Origin: the human T2T-CHM13v2.0 reference genome, Homo sapiens
Assembly (NCBI RefSeq): GCF_009914755.1
Contig: NC_060928.1
Direction: 5' to 3' (one strand)
Length of the DNA: 64,000 bases
The translations under genes were made by a program, and so were the position numbers. The notes below the pieces were generated by a model. It was given only the letters and a program-made list of their open reading frames with translations. It was not told where the DNA came from and did no database searches. This document shows, in pieces, positions 50,202 through 64,000 of this stretch (positions are counted from its first letter, which is position 1; each line of letters starts with the position of its first letter).

Positions 50202-51989
50202 ATGGGAACTCTTGAATGGGTATTCTGGTATGCACTGTTTACAAGCTTACTTGATCACAAAAACAGTTTTTTGCTGAGGACTTTCTGAGTCTAGTGTCCC
50301 ACAAAATACCTTAAGAAAAGATGTTATAACCTACAGTGATAGCCACCCAGAATAAAGACGGGATACATTTTCTTCCACGTTATCCCACTTATTGCCGTTT
50401 ACCACCACTAGATTCTATGCAAAAGTAAATTTACTGAGAAATTCACTTCAAAAACGCCATTGAACACCTGCATTTATTGCATGCCCATTATGTGTTACTG
50501 CCAGGAATAAGGGCTGCATGAGACCAACACAGACCCTAACTTCGTGGAGCTTATGCCTTTCTCTAGACATATATCGCGTAAGGAAGTGACCTCCTGACTA
50601 CACCTTCATTCCAGATAGGACCCAACAGACCTGACATCAACGCTGGTGCACAAGTTTCCTGGAGTTAAAGGATTGTAGAAATGAGACCATGTGTCCAAAC
50701 AGCCTGTTCCTTGGCAGAAGGAAGAGAAGTGCTAAGAAAAATCACATCCATCTTGCCAGGGAACTAGATCAAAACCAGAAGAAAGAGAATCTTTTCCTCT
50801 GGGGTGGGCAGTTTGGCAGAAAGCAGTGCCTTAGAGTTTGATGGAAATAAAAGGTGGCCAGTCTCCCCTTATTGCTGCCAATGTCTTCCCTTGACAGCCA
50901 GAGAAATCTTTGACTGAAAACCTTGAATGTAGGGAAAATGCAAACAACTAACAAGCCCCCGTCTTTCACAGCCATGTAAGTTAAAAAAGCCAACCAGGGA
51001 TGCCCATACTCGAGGTTCTTATCTCTGGGTTCCTGGTCAGTCTCACTTTGACAAGAGGAATTTTAATCAATGTGAGACATTCTTTTTGTGACTCTAAAAC
51101 AGTAAAAATGCCTCATTAGCTGTTTTACGCAGGGCTGCTGCTTCTTGGGCTCGCCACACACTGTATCCTACTGGTCGAGCTCAGCTGGGCCAGCTGGAAC
51201 ATAGCCAGCTAGCTCCTGGTGGTGAGTTCATCTGCAGTTTTCTAGATTAAAGCTCCTATCTTGGGGAGGTGCTTATGAGCAAAATGGAGGAAGTCGTTCT
51301 CTCAGAGGATCACTGGGGAGACAGGGAGACATGATATGCAATCAATCCTTCCTTCTGTCTTACACGTGACATCAATCAACAAACTTGTATTGACATTGCA
51401 TTAAGGAGACATTAAGGTAGAGCAGGTATCTTGAGAGTAGAACTTTAATTCAAATTGGGAAATTATAAGTAGATGTTTTCCCAAGTTGGAATTGGACATG
51501 GACCTGAAAATTGTTTCTATAAAAGGAACATAAAGTTTATTATAGTTTCCAGCCTGTCGTCTCAGCCTATAAGTCCTTCCATTTGCAGGTTCAGTTTTAT
51601 TAAATTTTTATTATAACTCAATTCTGATTAGGATAGTAGCAGGTTCAGTACCCTTGGCTTACCAAGTAGTGGGGCATGACTTAGTCTTGTTGCCACAGAC
51701 CGTGTTTCAGGGATGAGTACTGACCTGCCCATTTAGTTGTAGCTTTCTCCTAATATTGTCCCCCGACTGATTTTCACCCTATCCAATCTTGATGTTTAAA
51801 TTTCCTTGACATTCCTTCTTTTAGATCTCTTTGGAGTCTGCAAAGGATACTGCTTCACCTTGTAGGAGTTAGTACTAAAGTAAGTCCATTTCTTCAAACA
51901 AATTTGCACTTAGTCCAAGCAAGATTGATCTAACTGATGAAGGAAATTGCCTATAAAGGTCAGTTATGACCACGTGCAAACTTGTGAAT

Positions 51990-52228
51990 GGCAACGGTTA
52001 ATAATGCATGCTCAGGGACCTGTCCATGTGAATTCAAATCCTAGGTCTGCCACTTACAAGCTGTACAGTCTTTGGCAAATCACTTTATCTCTCTTTTTCT
52101 TATCTATAAAATAGATATACAAGCTCGTAGAGTTGTTGGGAGGATTAAGTGAATTGTAACACTTTTAGAATAGTGTGTGTCACATAGAAAATGACCAATA
52201 AAGTTAGTAATTGTTGTTACTATTATTA
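51990..52228 (+). mobile_element. MIR SINE
   Basis: 'ttcaaatcctaggtctgccacttacaagctgt...gaggattaagtga'. Confidence 0.78.
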
Positions 52229-52892
52229 TTTTCCTGGTTGATCTAAGGGAACTCTCAGTTTAGCAGCAGAATCCATCTACTTGGGTTCTGGTGTCAGAGT
52301 GGGTAGAGGTGTGGGAAATGCTTATTTGGACTGTGAAACTCATACTGGTAGTTCACACTTGCAGAGAGTTCAGGTTTGACCCTGGAAGTGTTCCCCTCCC
52401 AAATCTGCTAAAATAGTTTGACAATTAGAAGTTAAAATATGGTCCATTATAAGTTTGAGTGCAAGGTAAAAATTGTCACCCTCACATCAAACTATCAGCA
52501 GCGGATCCATTAAGCAGGAGCATAGGGCAGGAAAACAGGCTGCCTCTCACCTCATTTGCCATTGGAGCACTGCCTGCTTGGGTATCCCTCTCCACCTTTA
52601 AACACTGAGCTTTGAACTATTGCCTAAGACTCTAACACCTTCTCTTTAAGAAGACTTCTTAATTTGACTGTTACCCCCAGGGAAATATACTTGCCAAAAA
52701 TTCCAACAGTAACTATGGGCTGAGATCCTGGGGGTAAATTAATATTGGATTTCTGGGCAATTTGCCCTAAATGCTAATGTATAAAAATGCACCTGGATAA
52801 GGACATTTTTCTTCTGAATCACAGATTCATGGCCTAATTAATTTTTACTATCAAGAAGAAAAATGCTAGTTTTTTTTTTTTTTTACTAAGTA

Positions 52893-53236
52893 CAATTGTC
52901 CCTCCATACCATGGGAGATTTGGTTCCAGGACCCCTGCAGGTACCAAAATTCAAGGATGCTCAAGTCCCTTATATAAAATGGCCTAGTACTTGCATATAA
53001 CCTACACACATCCTCCTATATATTTCAAATCACTTATAGATTACTTATGATACCTAATACCATTTAAATACTATATAAATAGTTGTTAATACTGTATTGT
53101 TTAGGGAATAATGACAATAAAAAAAGTCTGTACATGTTCAGTACAGATTCCACCCCCATGCCCCACTGGCAATATTTTTTATCTGTGGTTGATTGACTTG
53201 ATGAATGTGAAACTCATGGATGTGGAGGGCTGACGG
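52893..53236. mobile_element. MER2 (TcMar-Tigger)
   Basis: TA-flanked TIRs caattgtccctcc / ggagggctgacgg; 'ggatgctcaagtcccttatataaaatggc'. Confidence 0.87.
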
Positions 53237-53364
53237 TAAATTAAATAGGTTCTACCTAGGTAACAATTTAAGGTAGGGCCTCTGGGGCATTCACCTTTTC
53301 ATTGTTTGCAGCTTCCAGACTAATGCCTTGAACATGGGGGTGAGCCTTTTTATTGCACACTACA

Positions 53365-53580
53365 AAGAGGATGTGTAGTGGGGTCATAGAATCCTGGGTT
53401 CAAATTTTAGTTCTGCCACATATTTACTAGTGGTGTGGTGTTGAGTAAGTGTTTACCTTCTCTGAGAACCAATTTCTTCTCCCAGAAGTTGGAGATAGGT
53501 AATAACACCTACCTTTCAAGCTTCTTGTGAGCCATTAAGAAAATAGTATAGGAAAAGTACCTGACACATTCTCTGCCATT
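53365..53580 (+). mobile_element. MIR SINE
   Basis: 'cctgggttcaaattttagttctgccac...cttctctgagaaccaatttc'. Confidence 0.72.
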
Positions 53581-54285
53581 GTTGATTGTTGTGTGATGGA
53601 ATCTGGGGATCAGGGGTTCTCTCCCAAATCCACAGACCCTCATTGTGAAACATTTTTGCAGTGCTTAATTTTACAGACTTAAAAAAAATCATTGCCATTA
53701 GAAAATAACTTCCAAACTTTTTTTTTTCTTACCATGGAGATAAACCACATTTGCTTTTTTGCTACCCAGTTTTAAAAAAAAGCAATCTATTATGGCTTTG
53801 TAAATATTAATCACTTTTATGAAATAATTATATTTGTATCACAAATGTTAATATTTCTTTTTAAAAAATGTTATTGTGTCTAAGGTATATAACATGATAT
53901 TAGGGGATATATACAGATAGTAAAATGGTTACTATAGTAAATAAAATTAACATATCCATCATCTCACATAGTGACTCCCCCTTTTTTTGGTAGCAAAAAC
54001 AGTTAACATCTAATTTAGCAAAAATCTCGAATACAATACAGCATTATTAAATATAGTGCTCAGGTTGAACATTAGATGTCTAGACTTATTTATCCTAAAT
54101 TTCTGCTACTTTGTATCCTTTGACCTGCATCACCCAGTGTTTTATTCTCTATCTCTGTATATTTGAGGTTTTTATTTTAAGATTCCATATATAAGTGAGG
54201 TCATGCATTATTTTTCTTTCTGTGTCTGACTTATTTCACTCAGCCTAATGAAGTCCAGACTCATCTGTGTTGTGGCAATTGGCAG

Positions 54286-54651
54286 TGTGTTAGTCTGTTT
54301 TCACACTGCTATGAAGAACTACCTGAGACTGGGTAATTTATCAAGAAAAGAGACTTAATCGACTCACAGTTCTGCAGGCTTAACAGGAAGCATGACTAGG
54401 AGGCCTCAGGAAACTTACAATCAAACTTCCCCTTGGCAGAAGGCGAAGGGGAAGCAAGAACCTTCTTCAAATTGCGGCAGGAGAGAGAGAGTGAAGGAGG
54501 AAGTGCCACAGACTTTTAAACCATCAGATCTGGTGAGAACTTACTGAGCAGCAAAGGGGGAATCCACCTCCATGATTTAATCACCTCCCACCAGGCCCCT
54601 CCTCCAATTCGACATGAAATTTGGGCAGAGACACAGATCCAAACCACATTA
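54286..54651 (-). mobile_element. THE1D-like MaLR solo LTR
   Basis: 'caggcttaacaggaagcatgactaggaggcctcaggaaacttacaatc'; perfect 5-bp TSD ggcag. Confidence 0.88.
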
Positions 54652-54688
54652 GGCAGTAGCTCCTTTTTTAAAAGGCTGAATATTTCAT

Positions 54689-54714
54689 TATATATATATA
54701 TATATATATATATA
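54689..54714. repeat. (TA)13
   Basis: Direct inspection. Confidence 0.95.
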
Positions 54715-54761
54715 CTACAATTTCTTTATCCATTAGTCCATCGACAGATGGACCTATAGAG

Positions 54762-54864
54762 CCCTATAGAGCCTGCAGAACCATGAGGCAATTAAACCTC
54801 TTGTCTTTATAAATTACCCAGTCTCAGGTAGTTCTTTATAGCAGTGCAAGAATGGACTAATACG
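54762..54864 (+). mobile_element. MST/THE1 LTR 3' fragment
   Basis: 'agcctgcagaaccatgaggcaattaaacctct...aattacccagtctcagg...ggactaatac'. Confidence 0.85.
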
Positions 54865-55139
54865 CCTGTTGACCATTTTTATGTCTTCTCTTTAGAAGTG
54901 TCCATTCAGGTTCTTTGACCATTTTTTAAATGGGTTATTTGTTTTTTTGCTATTAAGTTGTATGAGTATTTTTTTCATAAATTTTGGGTATTAACCATAT
55001 ATGTATATATATGTATATGTATATAATATATATATATCTTGAAAATATTGTTTCCAATTTGTAGTTTGTCTTTTTATTTTGTTGATTCTTTTGCTGTGTA
55101 ATTAATGTTTCTTTTTATGTAACCTTTGACTTTATATCA

Positions 55140-56830
<1,691 letters not shown>

Positions 56831-56980
56831 GGGCCCATTTTATTTATTTATTTTCTTTCCAACTTTTAAGGTTTGGGTGTACATGTACAGGTTTTTTACA
56901 TGGGTAAATTGTGTGTTGCAGGGGTTTGGTGTACAGATAATTTTGTCACCCAGGTAATCAGCATAGTACCTAATAGGTAG

Positions 56981-57288
56981 TTTTTTTGTTTGTTTGTTTG
57001 AGATGGAATTTCGCTCTTGCCCATGCTGGAGTGCAATGGCGCAATCTCAGCTCACTGCAACTTCCGCCTCCTGGGTTCCAAGATTCCAGTGATTCTCATG
57101 CCTCAGCCTCCTGAGTAGCTGGGAATATAGGCATGCACCACCACACCCGGCTAATTTTTGTATTTTTTAGTAGAGATGGGCTTTCACCATGTTGACCAGG
57201 CTGAGCTTGAACTCCTGACCTCAGGTGATCCACCTGCCTTGGCCTCATAAAGTGCTGGGATTACAGGCATGAGGCACCGTGCCTGGCC
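56981..57288 (-). mobile_element. AluS (Sp/Sq-like) inside L1
   Basis: Full dimer; TSD aataggtagttttt. Confidence 0.93.
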
Positions 57289-57854
57289 CCAATAGGTAGT
57301 TTTTAAATGCTCACTCTCCTCACCCTCTACCCTCAAGTAGGCCCCTGTGTTTGTTGTTCGCTTCTTTATGTCTGTGTGTACTCAATGTTTAGCTCCACTT
57401 ATAAGTGTGAACAGCAGTATTTAGTTTTCTGTTCATGTGTTAATTTGCTTAGAATAATGGCTTCCAGCTCTTTCCATGCTGCTTCAAAGGACATGATCTT
57501 ATTATTTTTTTATGGCACCGTAGTATTCTGTGGTGTATATGTACCCACATTTTCATTATCCAGTCCACTGTTGATGTGCATCTGGGTTGATTCCATGTCT
57601 TTGCTATTGTGAATAGTGTTGTGATGAACATATGTGTGCATGTGTCTTTATGGTAGAATGATTTATATTCTTTTGGGTACATAACCAGTAATGAGATTGC
57701 TGGATCAAATGGTAGTTCTATTTTAAGTTCTCTGAGAAATTTCCAGACTGCTTTCCACAGTGGATGAATGAACTTACATTCCCACCAGCAGTGTGTAAGC
57801 ATTCTGTTTTCTCTGCAACCTCACCAGCATCTGTTATGTTTTGTCTATTTTTGT

Positions 57855-57990
57855 CTTTTCTTTCTCCTTTTTGTGAAGAGTGTGGTGTTTCTATGTTGCC
57901 CAGGCAAGTCTTGAATTCCGGGCTCAAGCAATTCTCCTGCCTCTGTCTTCCTAAGCGTTGGGATTACAGGTGTGAGCTACGGTGCCCCAC
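57855..57990 (-). mobile_element. FLAM / Alu left monomer inside L1
   Basis: 'ctatgttgcccaggc...gggctcaagcaattctcctgcc...gggattacaggtgtgagc'. Confidence 0.82.
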
Positions 57991-60900
57991 TGACTTTTTA
58001 GTAATAGCCATTCTGATTGGTGTGAGATAGTATCTCATTGTGGTTTTGATTTACATTTCTTTAATGATCAGTGTTACTCAACATTTTTTTCATGTGCTTG
58101 TTGGCCATGTATATGTCTTCTTTAGAGAAGTGTTCATGTCCTTTGCACATTTTTCAATGGCATTGTTTGTTTTTTGCTTGTTGCTTTAAGTTCCTTATAG
58201 ATTCTGGAAATTAGATTTTGTTGGATGCATAGTTTGCAAATATTTTCTCCCATTCTGTAGGTTGGCTGTTTACTCTGTTGATACTTTATTTTGCTGTGCA
58301 GAAGCTCTTTACTTTAATTAGATCCCACTTATCAATTTTTGTTTTCTTTGCAATTACTTTCGGAGTCTTCGTCGTGAAATCTTTGCTGGGGCCATGTCCA
58401 GAATGGTATTTCCTAGGTTTTCTTCTGGGTTTTTATAGTTGTAGATTTTGCATTTAATTTTTCAATTCATCTTGAGTTGATTTTTGTATACGGTGAAAGG
58501 AAGGAGCTCAGTTTCAATCTTCTGCCTATGGTTAGCCAGTTATCCCAGCACTATCTGTTGAATAGGGAGTCCTTTCCCCATTGTTTGTCATTGTTGGTTT
58601 TGTCGAAGATCAGGTCGTTGTAGATGTGTGGCTTTATTTATGCACTTTCTAACCTGGTGCATTGGTCTATATGTTTGTTGTTATACTAGTATCATGCTGT
58701 TTTAGTCACTGTAGCCTTGTAGTATAGTTTAAAATTGAATAGTGGGATGCTTCCAGCTTTGTTCTTTTTACCTAGGATTGCTTTTGCTATTTGGGCTCTT
58801 TTGTTGTTCCAAATTAGTCTTAGAATAGTTTTTTCTTATTCTGTGAAGAATGTCTTTGGTAGTTTGATAGGGATAGCATTGAGTCTGTAAATTGCTTTGG
58901 GTGGTATGGCCATTTTAACAATATTGATTTTCCTATCCAAGAACATGGAATGTTTTCCCATTTGTTCATGTTATCTCTGATTTCTTTCAGCAGTGTTTTG
59001 TAATTCTCCTCATAGAGATCTTTCACCTGCCTGGTGAGCTATATATTCCTAGGTATTTCATTCTTTTTGTGGCTGTGATGAATGGGATTATGTTATTGAT
59101 TTGTCTCTCAGCTTGGGTGTTATTGGTGTATAGAAATGCTACTGATTTTTGTACATTGATTTTTGTATCCTGAAACTTTGCTGAAGTTGTTTATCAGCTC
59201 AAGGAACTTTTGGGCAGAGACTATGGGGTTTTGTAGATATAGAATCATGTCATCTGCAAACAGGGATAGTTTGAATTCCTCTATTCCTGTTTGGATGCTT
59301 TTATTTCTTTCTCTTGTCTGATTGCACTGTCTAGGACTTGAGTACTCTGTTGAATAGGAGTGGTGAGAGTAAGCATCCTTGTCTTGTTCTGATTCTCAAG
59401 TGGAGTGCTTCCAGCTTTTGCCCTTTCAGTATGATGTTGGGTGTAGGTTTGGTTCTTATTATTTTGAGATATGTTCCTTTGGTACCTAGTTTGCTGAGGG
59501 CTTTCTTTTATTTTAAAACATAAAGAGATGTTGAATTTTTTGGAAAGTCTTTTCTGCATCTATTGAGATGATCATGTGGTTTTTGCTTTTAGTTCTGTTT
59601 ATGTGATGAATCACACTTATTGATTTGCGTATGTTGAACCAACCTTGGATCCCAGGAATAAAGGCTACTTGATTGTGGTAGATTAGCTTTGTGATGTGCT
59701 GCCAGATTCAGTTTGCTAGTGTTTTGTTGAGGATTTTTGTTTCTATGTTCATCAGAGAGAGTGGCCTGAAGATTTCTTTTTTTGTTGCGTTTATGCCCAG
59801 TTTTGGTATCAGAGTAATACTGGCCTCATAGAATGAGCTGGGAAGGAGTCCCTTCTCCTCAATTTTTGCAATAGTTCCAGTAAGCATTAGTACCAGCTTT
59901 TCCTAGTATATCTGGTAGAATTCAGTCGTGAGTCTGTCTGGTCCAGGACTTTTTCTGGTTGGTAGACTTTTTGTTACTTATTCAATTTTAGGACTCATTA
60001 TTGGTCTGTTCAGGGTTTTGATTTCTACTAATTCAATCTTGAGAGGTTTTGTGTTTCCAGAAATTTATCTATTTCTTCTAGGTTTTCTCGTTTGTGTGTA
60101 TAGAGGTGTTTGTAATAGTTTCTGAGGGTTTTTTGTATTATATTTCTGTGGAGTCTGTGGTAATGTCCCCCTTGTCATTTCTGATTGTGTTTATTTGGAT
60201 CATCCCTCTTTTTTTTTTTAATAGTCTAGCTAGTGGTCTATCGATCTTATTTATTCTTTCAAAGATTGAACTTCTGGTTTCATTGATATTTTGTATTGTT
60301 TTTTACATCTCAATTTCATTTAGTTTAGCTCTGATTTTTATTACTTATTTTCTTCTGCTAGCTTTGAGGTTGGTTTGCTCTTTTCTACTTTCTCTAAGTA
60401 TGATGTTAGGTTGTTAATTTGAGATCTTTCTAACTTTTTGATATGGGCACTTAGCACTACAAAGTTTCCTCTTAACACTGCTTTAGCTGTATCCCAGAGA
60501 TTCTGGTATGTTGTGTCTTTGTTTTCATTTGTTTCAAAGAATTTCTTGATTTGTCTTAATTTTATTGTTTACCCAAAAGTCATTCAGAAGAAGATTGTTT
60601 AATTTCCACGTAATTGTATGGTTTTGAGAGATCTTCTTGGTATTGATTTCTGTTTTTATTGTGCTGTAGTCTGAGAGTGGCTGATATGATTTTGATTTTT
60701 TGGAATTATTGAGAATTGCTTTATGGTCAAGCGTGTGGTTGAGTGGCTGAGCATGCACCTTGTGCAGATGAGAAGAGTATATATTCTGTTGTTTTTGGGT
60801 GGAGTATTCTGTAGGTGTCTGTTAGGTCCATTTGGTCAAGTGTTGAGTTTAGGTCCCAAATATCTTTGTTAGTATTCTGCCTTGATGATCTGTCTAATAC

Positions 60901-61291
60901 TGTCAGTGGAGTACTGAAGCCTCCCATTATTATTGCGTGTGTGTGTGTTTTTAAGACTATTGTGTGGTTTTCTAAGCGTGTTCATACGTCTCCAAGAACT
61001 TGTTTTATGAATCTTAGTGCTCCAGTGTTGGGTGCATATTTATTTAGAATAGTTAAGTTTTCTTGTTGAATTAACCCCTTTACCATGATGTAATGCCCTT
61101 CTTTGTCCTTTTTGATCATTGTTGGTTTAAAGTCTGTTTTGTCTGAAATAAGAATAGTAACCCCTGCTCTTTTTCATTTTCCATTTGATTGATAGATCTT
61201 TCTTCATCTAAATATGCTCATTTTAAAATGGGAATTTACCCTACAGAAACACTCACACACTTGTACAAACACATATTTATAAAGATAGCTA

Positions 61292-61391
61292 GGTTGGGTG
61301 CACTGGCTCACAATTGTAATCCCAATACTTTGGGAGACCAAGGGAGGAGGATTGCTTGAGGCCAGGCCTGGGCAACAGAATGAGACCCTGT
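61292..61391 (+). mobile_element. Internally deleted Alu monomer
   Basis: 'ggctcacaattgtaatcccaatactttgggag...gcctgggcaacagaatgagaccctgt'. Confidence 0.8.
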
Positions 61392-62279
61392 GAAGAGTGA
61401 CTTCACTTCTTTTCAGTGTAATGAGACAAAATTCTGTGCATAACAGGATAGAAACAAGTCAAATGATTTTATATGCCTTTCAGAAATAATATCTAAACAG
61501 CATTCAGATATGATCCCCATGGTGTTGAACCCTCTGCTTGGAGATTAGAAACTGCAGCTGTCTGGAAGGTCCCAGATCTCAGAGCAGCTACTGGTGCCCC
61601 AGCACCTGGAGGTGAATGGCAGAAATCGCCATGGCCCATAGCAGGGTCACTACAGCTTGTCTTTCTGGTAAAGGGTGAAAGTTTTCAACCTTTTTTGTAC
61701 TCTTAGAGAAGAAACTGCGAGCCCATAATTTGAAGGTTATTTATAACTTCCTTTTCCCTTATTTGGGATACAAAAGAACAAGTTCCTCTCAAATCTATGT
61801 ATGAAGGTATACATAGCAAAAAAGGAAGCAAACGGGATTTCTAAACAAAAATGGTTTTAACTACAATTTCCTTCAGTGCAGACAGAAAATGGTACAGGGA
61901 CATTGGCCTACCTTTCTTAAAGCTCATGGTCAAAATCTATTCGTCCCACCTGAGTCATGTGCAGGAAAGCCATAATGTCCAGCACAGGGCATTAAGCCCC
62001 AATTAGGGGTTTTCCTGATCATCCTCTATAACATGAGATGCCTTGGATTGGAGCAAGGCAAGAGGGTCCGTCTGGCTTCTCCAAGACACTAACCCTTGAT
62101 GCCATGAACTGAGCATTGAGCCTTGCTGTTACATCCAATTGCTGTGCTGCTCCATGTTTCCTACATCTGTAATGAAATCCAGGGCCACCACCTGGCTCTT
62201 CCACATTTCCATAATTTTGTACACCACACTTTCTTTAACTTAAACTTCCTCCCCTTCCCCACAACCTGGCTGCTATTAT

Positions 62280-63612
62280 TCCTTCAGCTTTTCACTCAGA
62301 TGCAGTCTCCCATGGGAAGCTGTCCTGGCTGACCTTCTAAGTCTTGGCTAGTACCTGTTTTTACATCAATTGGAGCAGGAGTCCCACTGTTTAGTTCCTA
62401 TTTGTTTACTGATCTGTCTCATCCTTTACAGTATAGTTGTTTGAAGGCAGGCTTGCACCCAGCTGTGGCCTGATATACAGTCAATAAATACTTCCCAATA
62501 AATACTTCCTGAATCATTTAGGTAATGATCAAATGAGCAGGGATACCTCTTGTCTGAGAGAATCATGAAGTGGAAGAAGAGGTGTGAATATAGAGCTGAT
62601 TGGAGAAGTCAGGACCGAAGGGGAAGTTGTACTTGCTCACAGACACCTGTTATCTCAGGGAAGGGGGAGGTTAGGCCACCTGCTGAGAGTGAGGGAAGCA
62701 GGGAGCTGGGAGGACCCTTGAGGAAAGTAGTAAAGGTTTGGAACAGCTTGTATGGAGAACGGAAATGGAGCAGATGAGAAACCCTTGAGGGCCCAGCTGA
62801 GATTGGAGCTCATAAATTTATAATGGAGCCCAGCAACATGAATATGCAATTTTCTCCAGAAAGCAGTCCTGAACAAGATGTAGGAAAAATAATGCTAATT
62901 GCTATTTATTCATGCCTGCTATATGCAAGGATCTATGCTACATGCTTCAGTTGCCTGTTCTATATTCTTTGCAAGAAGCCTGTGATGAAGGTGTCATTAT
63001 CTCCCTCATTTGGATGAAGAAACTGAGGCTTATGGAGGTTAATCACTTAATATAAGTCACATAGCTGGCAAGTGACAGAAGCAGCTACAAACCACAGACT
63101 GACTCCAAGGGCCAGGACTTTGTTTGGGGCCATGCCATTCCACTGCAGCTTCTGTGGGTCCAGCTTGGTTGACCTGAGCTAGGGATGGTTATGGTGAAGG
63201 CAGTGAGATGACAAAGGAGGCCAGAAAGAAGCCTACTGGCTAGAGTGTTGATAGAGTGATTAACTACTAATAACTTTGGGCTCTAAGTGAGCTGGTGTCT
63301 GAACCCAGGTATGTGTGGAGACATCCAAGTGATGAGGAACTAAAGGTGTCAGTGCTATGAAAGGATAGGTTTATAAAGAGCAAAGGAAAAGAAGAGAATC
63401 ACAGATAGGAAGATGTAGTTTGCATTTATGAGTTCAGAATGGCCCAATTCCAGGTGGTAATAAAGCTAAGATGTGCTCATGAGAATGGACGTGAACAAAC
63501 CACAATAAAGGAGGGCATGGAACTCCGAGGTCCTTCTGTATTGTTTCTTGAAATGTTAGTGCCTGGTGTATTTTAGATGCTCAGTATTTACTGAATGAAT
63601 AAATAAATAAAA
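62280..63612. mobile_element. Degenerate L2 fragments in both orientations
   Basis: L2 3' ends 'caataaatacttcctgaat' (~62510) and 'gtgcctgg...tgctcagtatttactgaatgaat' (~63600). Confidence 0.5.
62890..63120 (-). mobile_element. MIR SINE
   Basis: 'gatgaagaaactgaggcttatggaggttaatcactt...gtcacatagctggcaagtgacagaag'. Confidence 0.78.
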
Positions 63613-64000
63613 GGGTAACCACAAATAGAAACTATAAAGTAGTGAGACTTCTTCAGTTATGTGATTTGTGAACATTTAGTGCTATTTTTATAATCTCATC
63701 TAACCCACTATCTAATAAAATAGATGAAGAGAGAAAAAAAGGTGGCCATCTAAATTGAAGACAAAGTGTTCCCTTGAAGTAATTATCTGATTGTGGAAGC
63801 CTGAGTTACAGAGACTCGAACATTTGGAAGCCTTTTTAATTGGAAGAGAAAACAAAGTTCAGTGAAAACAGAGTTACTGTTGTTATGGCCAAGCAGTGAT
63901 AAAATTCAGGATGGCAGTCTTCTGTATACTGAGTTGTTTGTTCATATGCCGTATATGAGCTAAAACCTTTAGGGTCCTTCAGCAAAGATAATATGAATGT

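Larger units (their letters stand above)
53860..55100 (-). mobile_element. L1MA-type 3' fragment, interrupted by LTRs
   Basis: 'attaacatatccatcatctcacatag' and 'gattccatatataagtgaggtcatgc'. Confidence 0.8.
56840..61208 (-). mobile_element. ~4-kb 5'-truncated primate L1 (L1PA16-like) with disrupted ORF2
   Basis: 3' UTR; ORF2p remnants of the C-domain (THCWWECK...PLWK), post-RT region ([15 protein letters not shown]) and endonuclease (FSTPLTVLDRSSRQ...DLTDTYRILHP); many frameshifts. Confidence 0.95.

Noticed and set aside
56840-61208. Endonuclease and reverse-transcriptase-related peptides that could suggest an active retroelement system
   Set aside because: Fragmented L1 ORF2 with frameshifts, no ORF1 or 5' UTR; an inactive fossil
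62482-62509. 14-bp tandem duplication caataaatacttcc giving two AATAAA
   Set aside because: Lies in an L2 3' end where AATAAA is native; no evidence of a terminal exon

Overview
Primate, very probably human, non-coding DNA. A near-perfect AluYd8-type element points to human. I found no supportable protein-coding gene, RNA gene or CRISPR array: the ORF-track entries that resemble anything are translations of Alu, L1, L2 or simple repeats. Roughly half the window is interspersed repeats (about 30 Alu/monomer copies, L1, L2, MIR, ERV1/ERVL/MaLR LTRs, hAT and Tigger fossils). CpG retention at the left edge and the mostly minus-strand orientation of the younger long L1s and most LTRs suggest the 5' part of a large + strand intron; the gene is not identified. 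I do not see a new biological system. The most notable items are: several templated-insertion or fold-back repair scars (a 35-bp exact copy of a neighbouring Alu, a 36-bp-arm hairpin, a doubly truncated L1 with snap-back junction repeats); a young AluYd8 in a four-level nest; a ~675-bp almost pure purine tract grown from an Alu tail; a candidate 138-nt exon; and an AP-1 motif cluster. Subfamily names come from recalled consensus sequences, and boundaries of old repeats are approximate.
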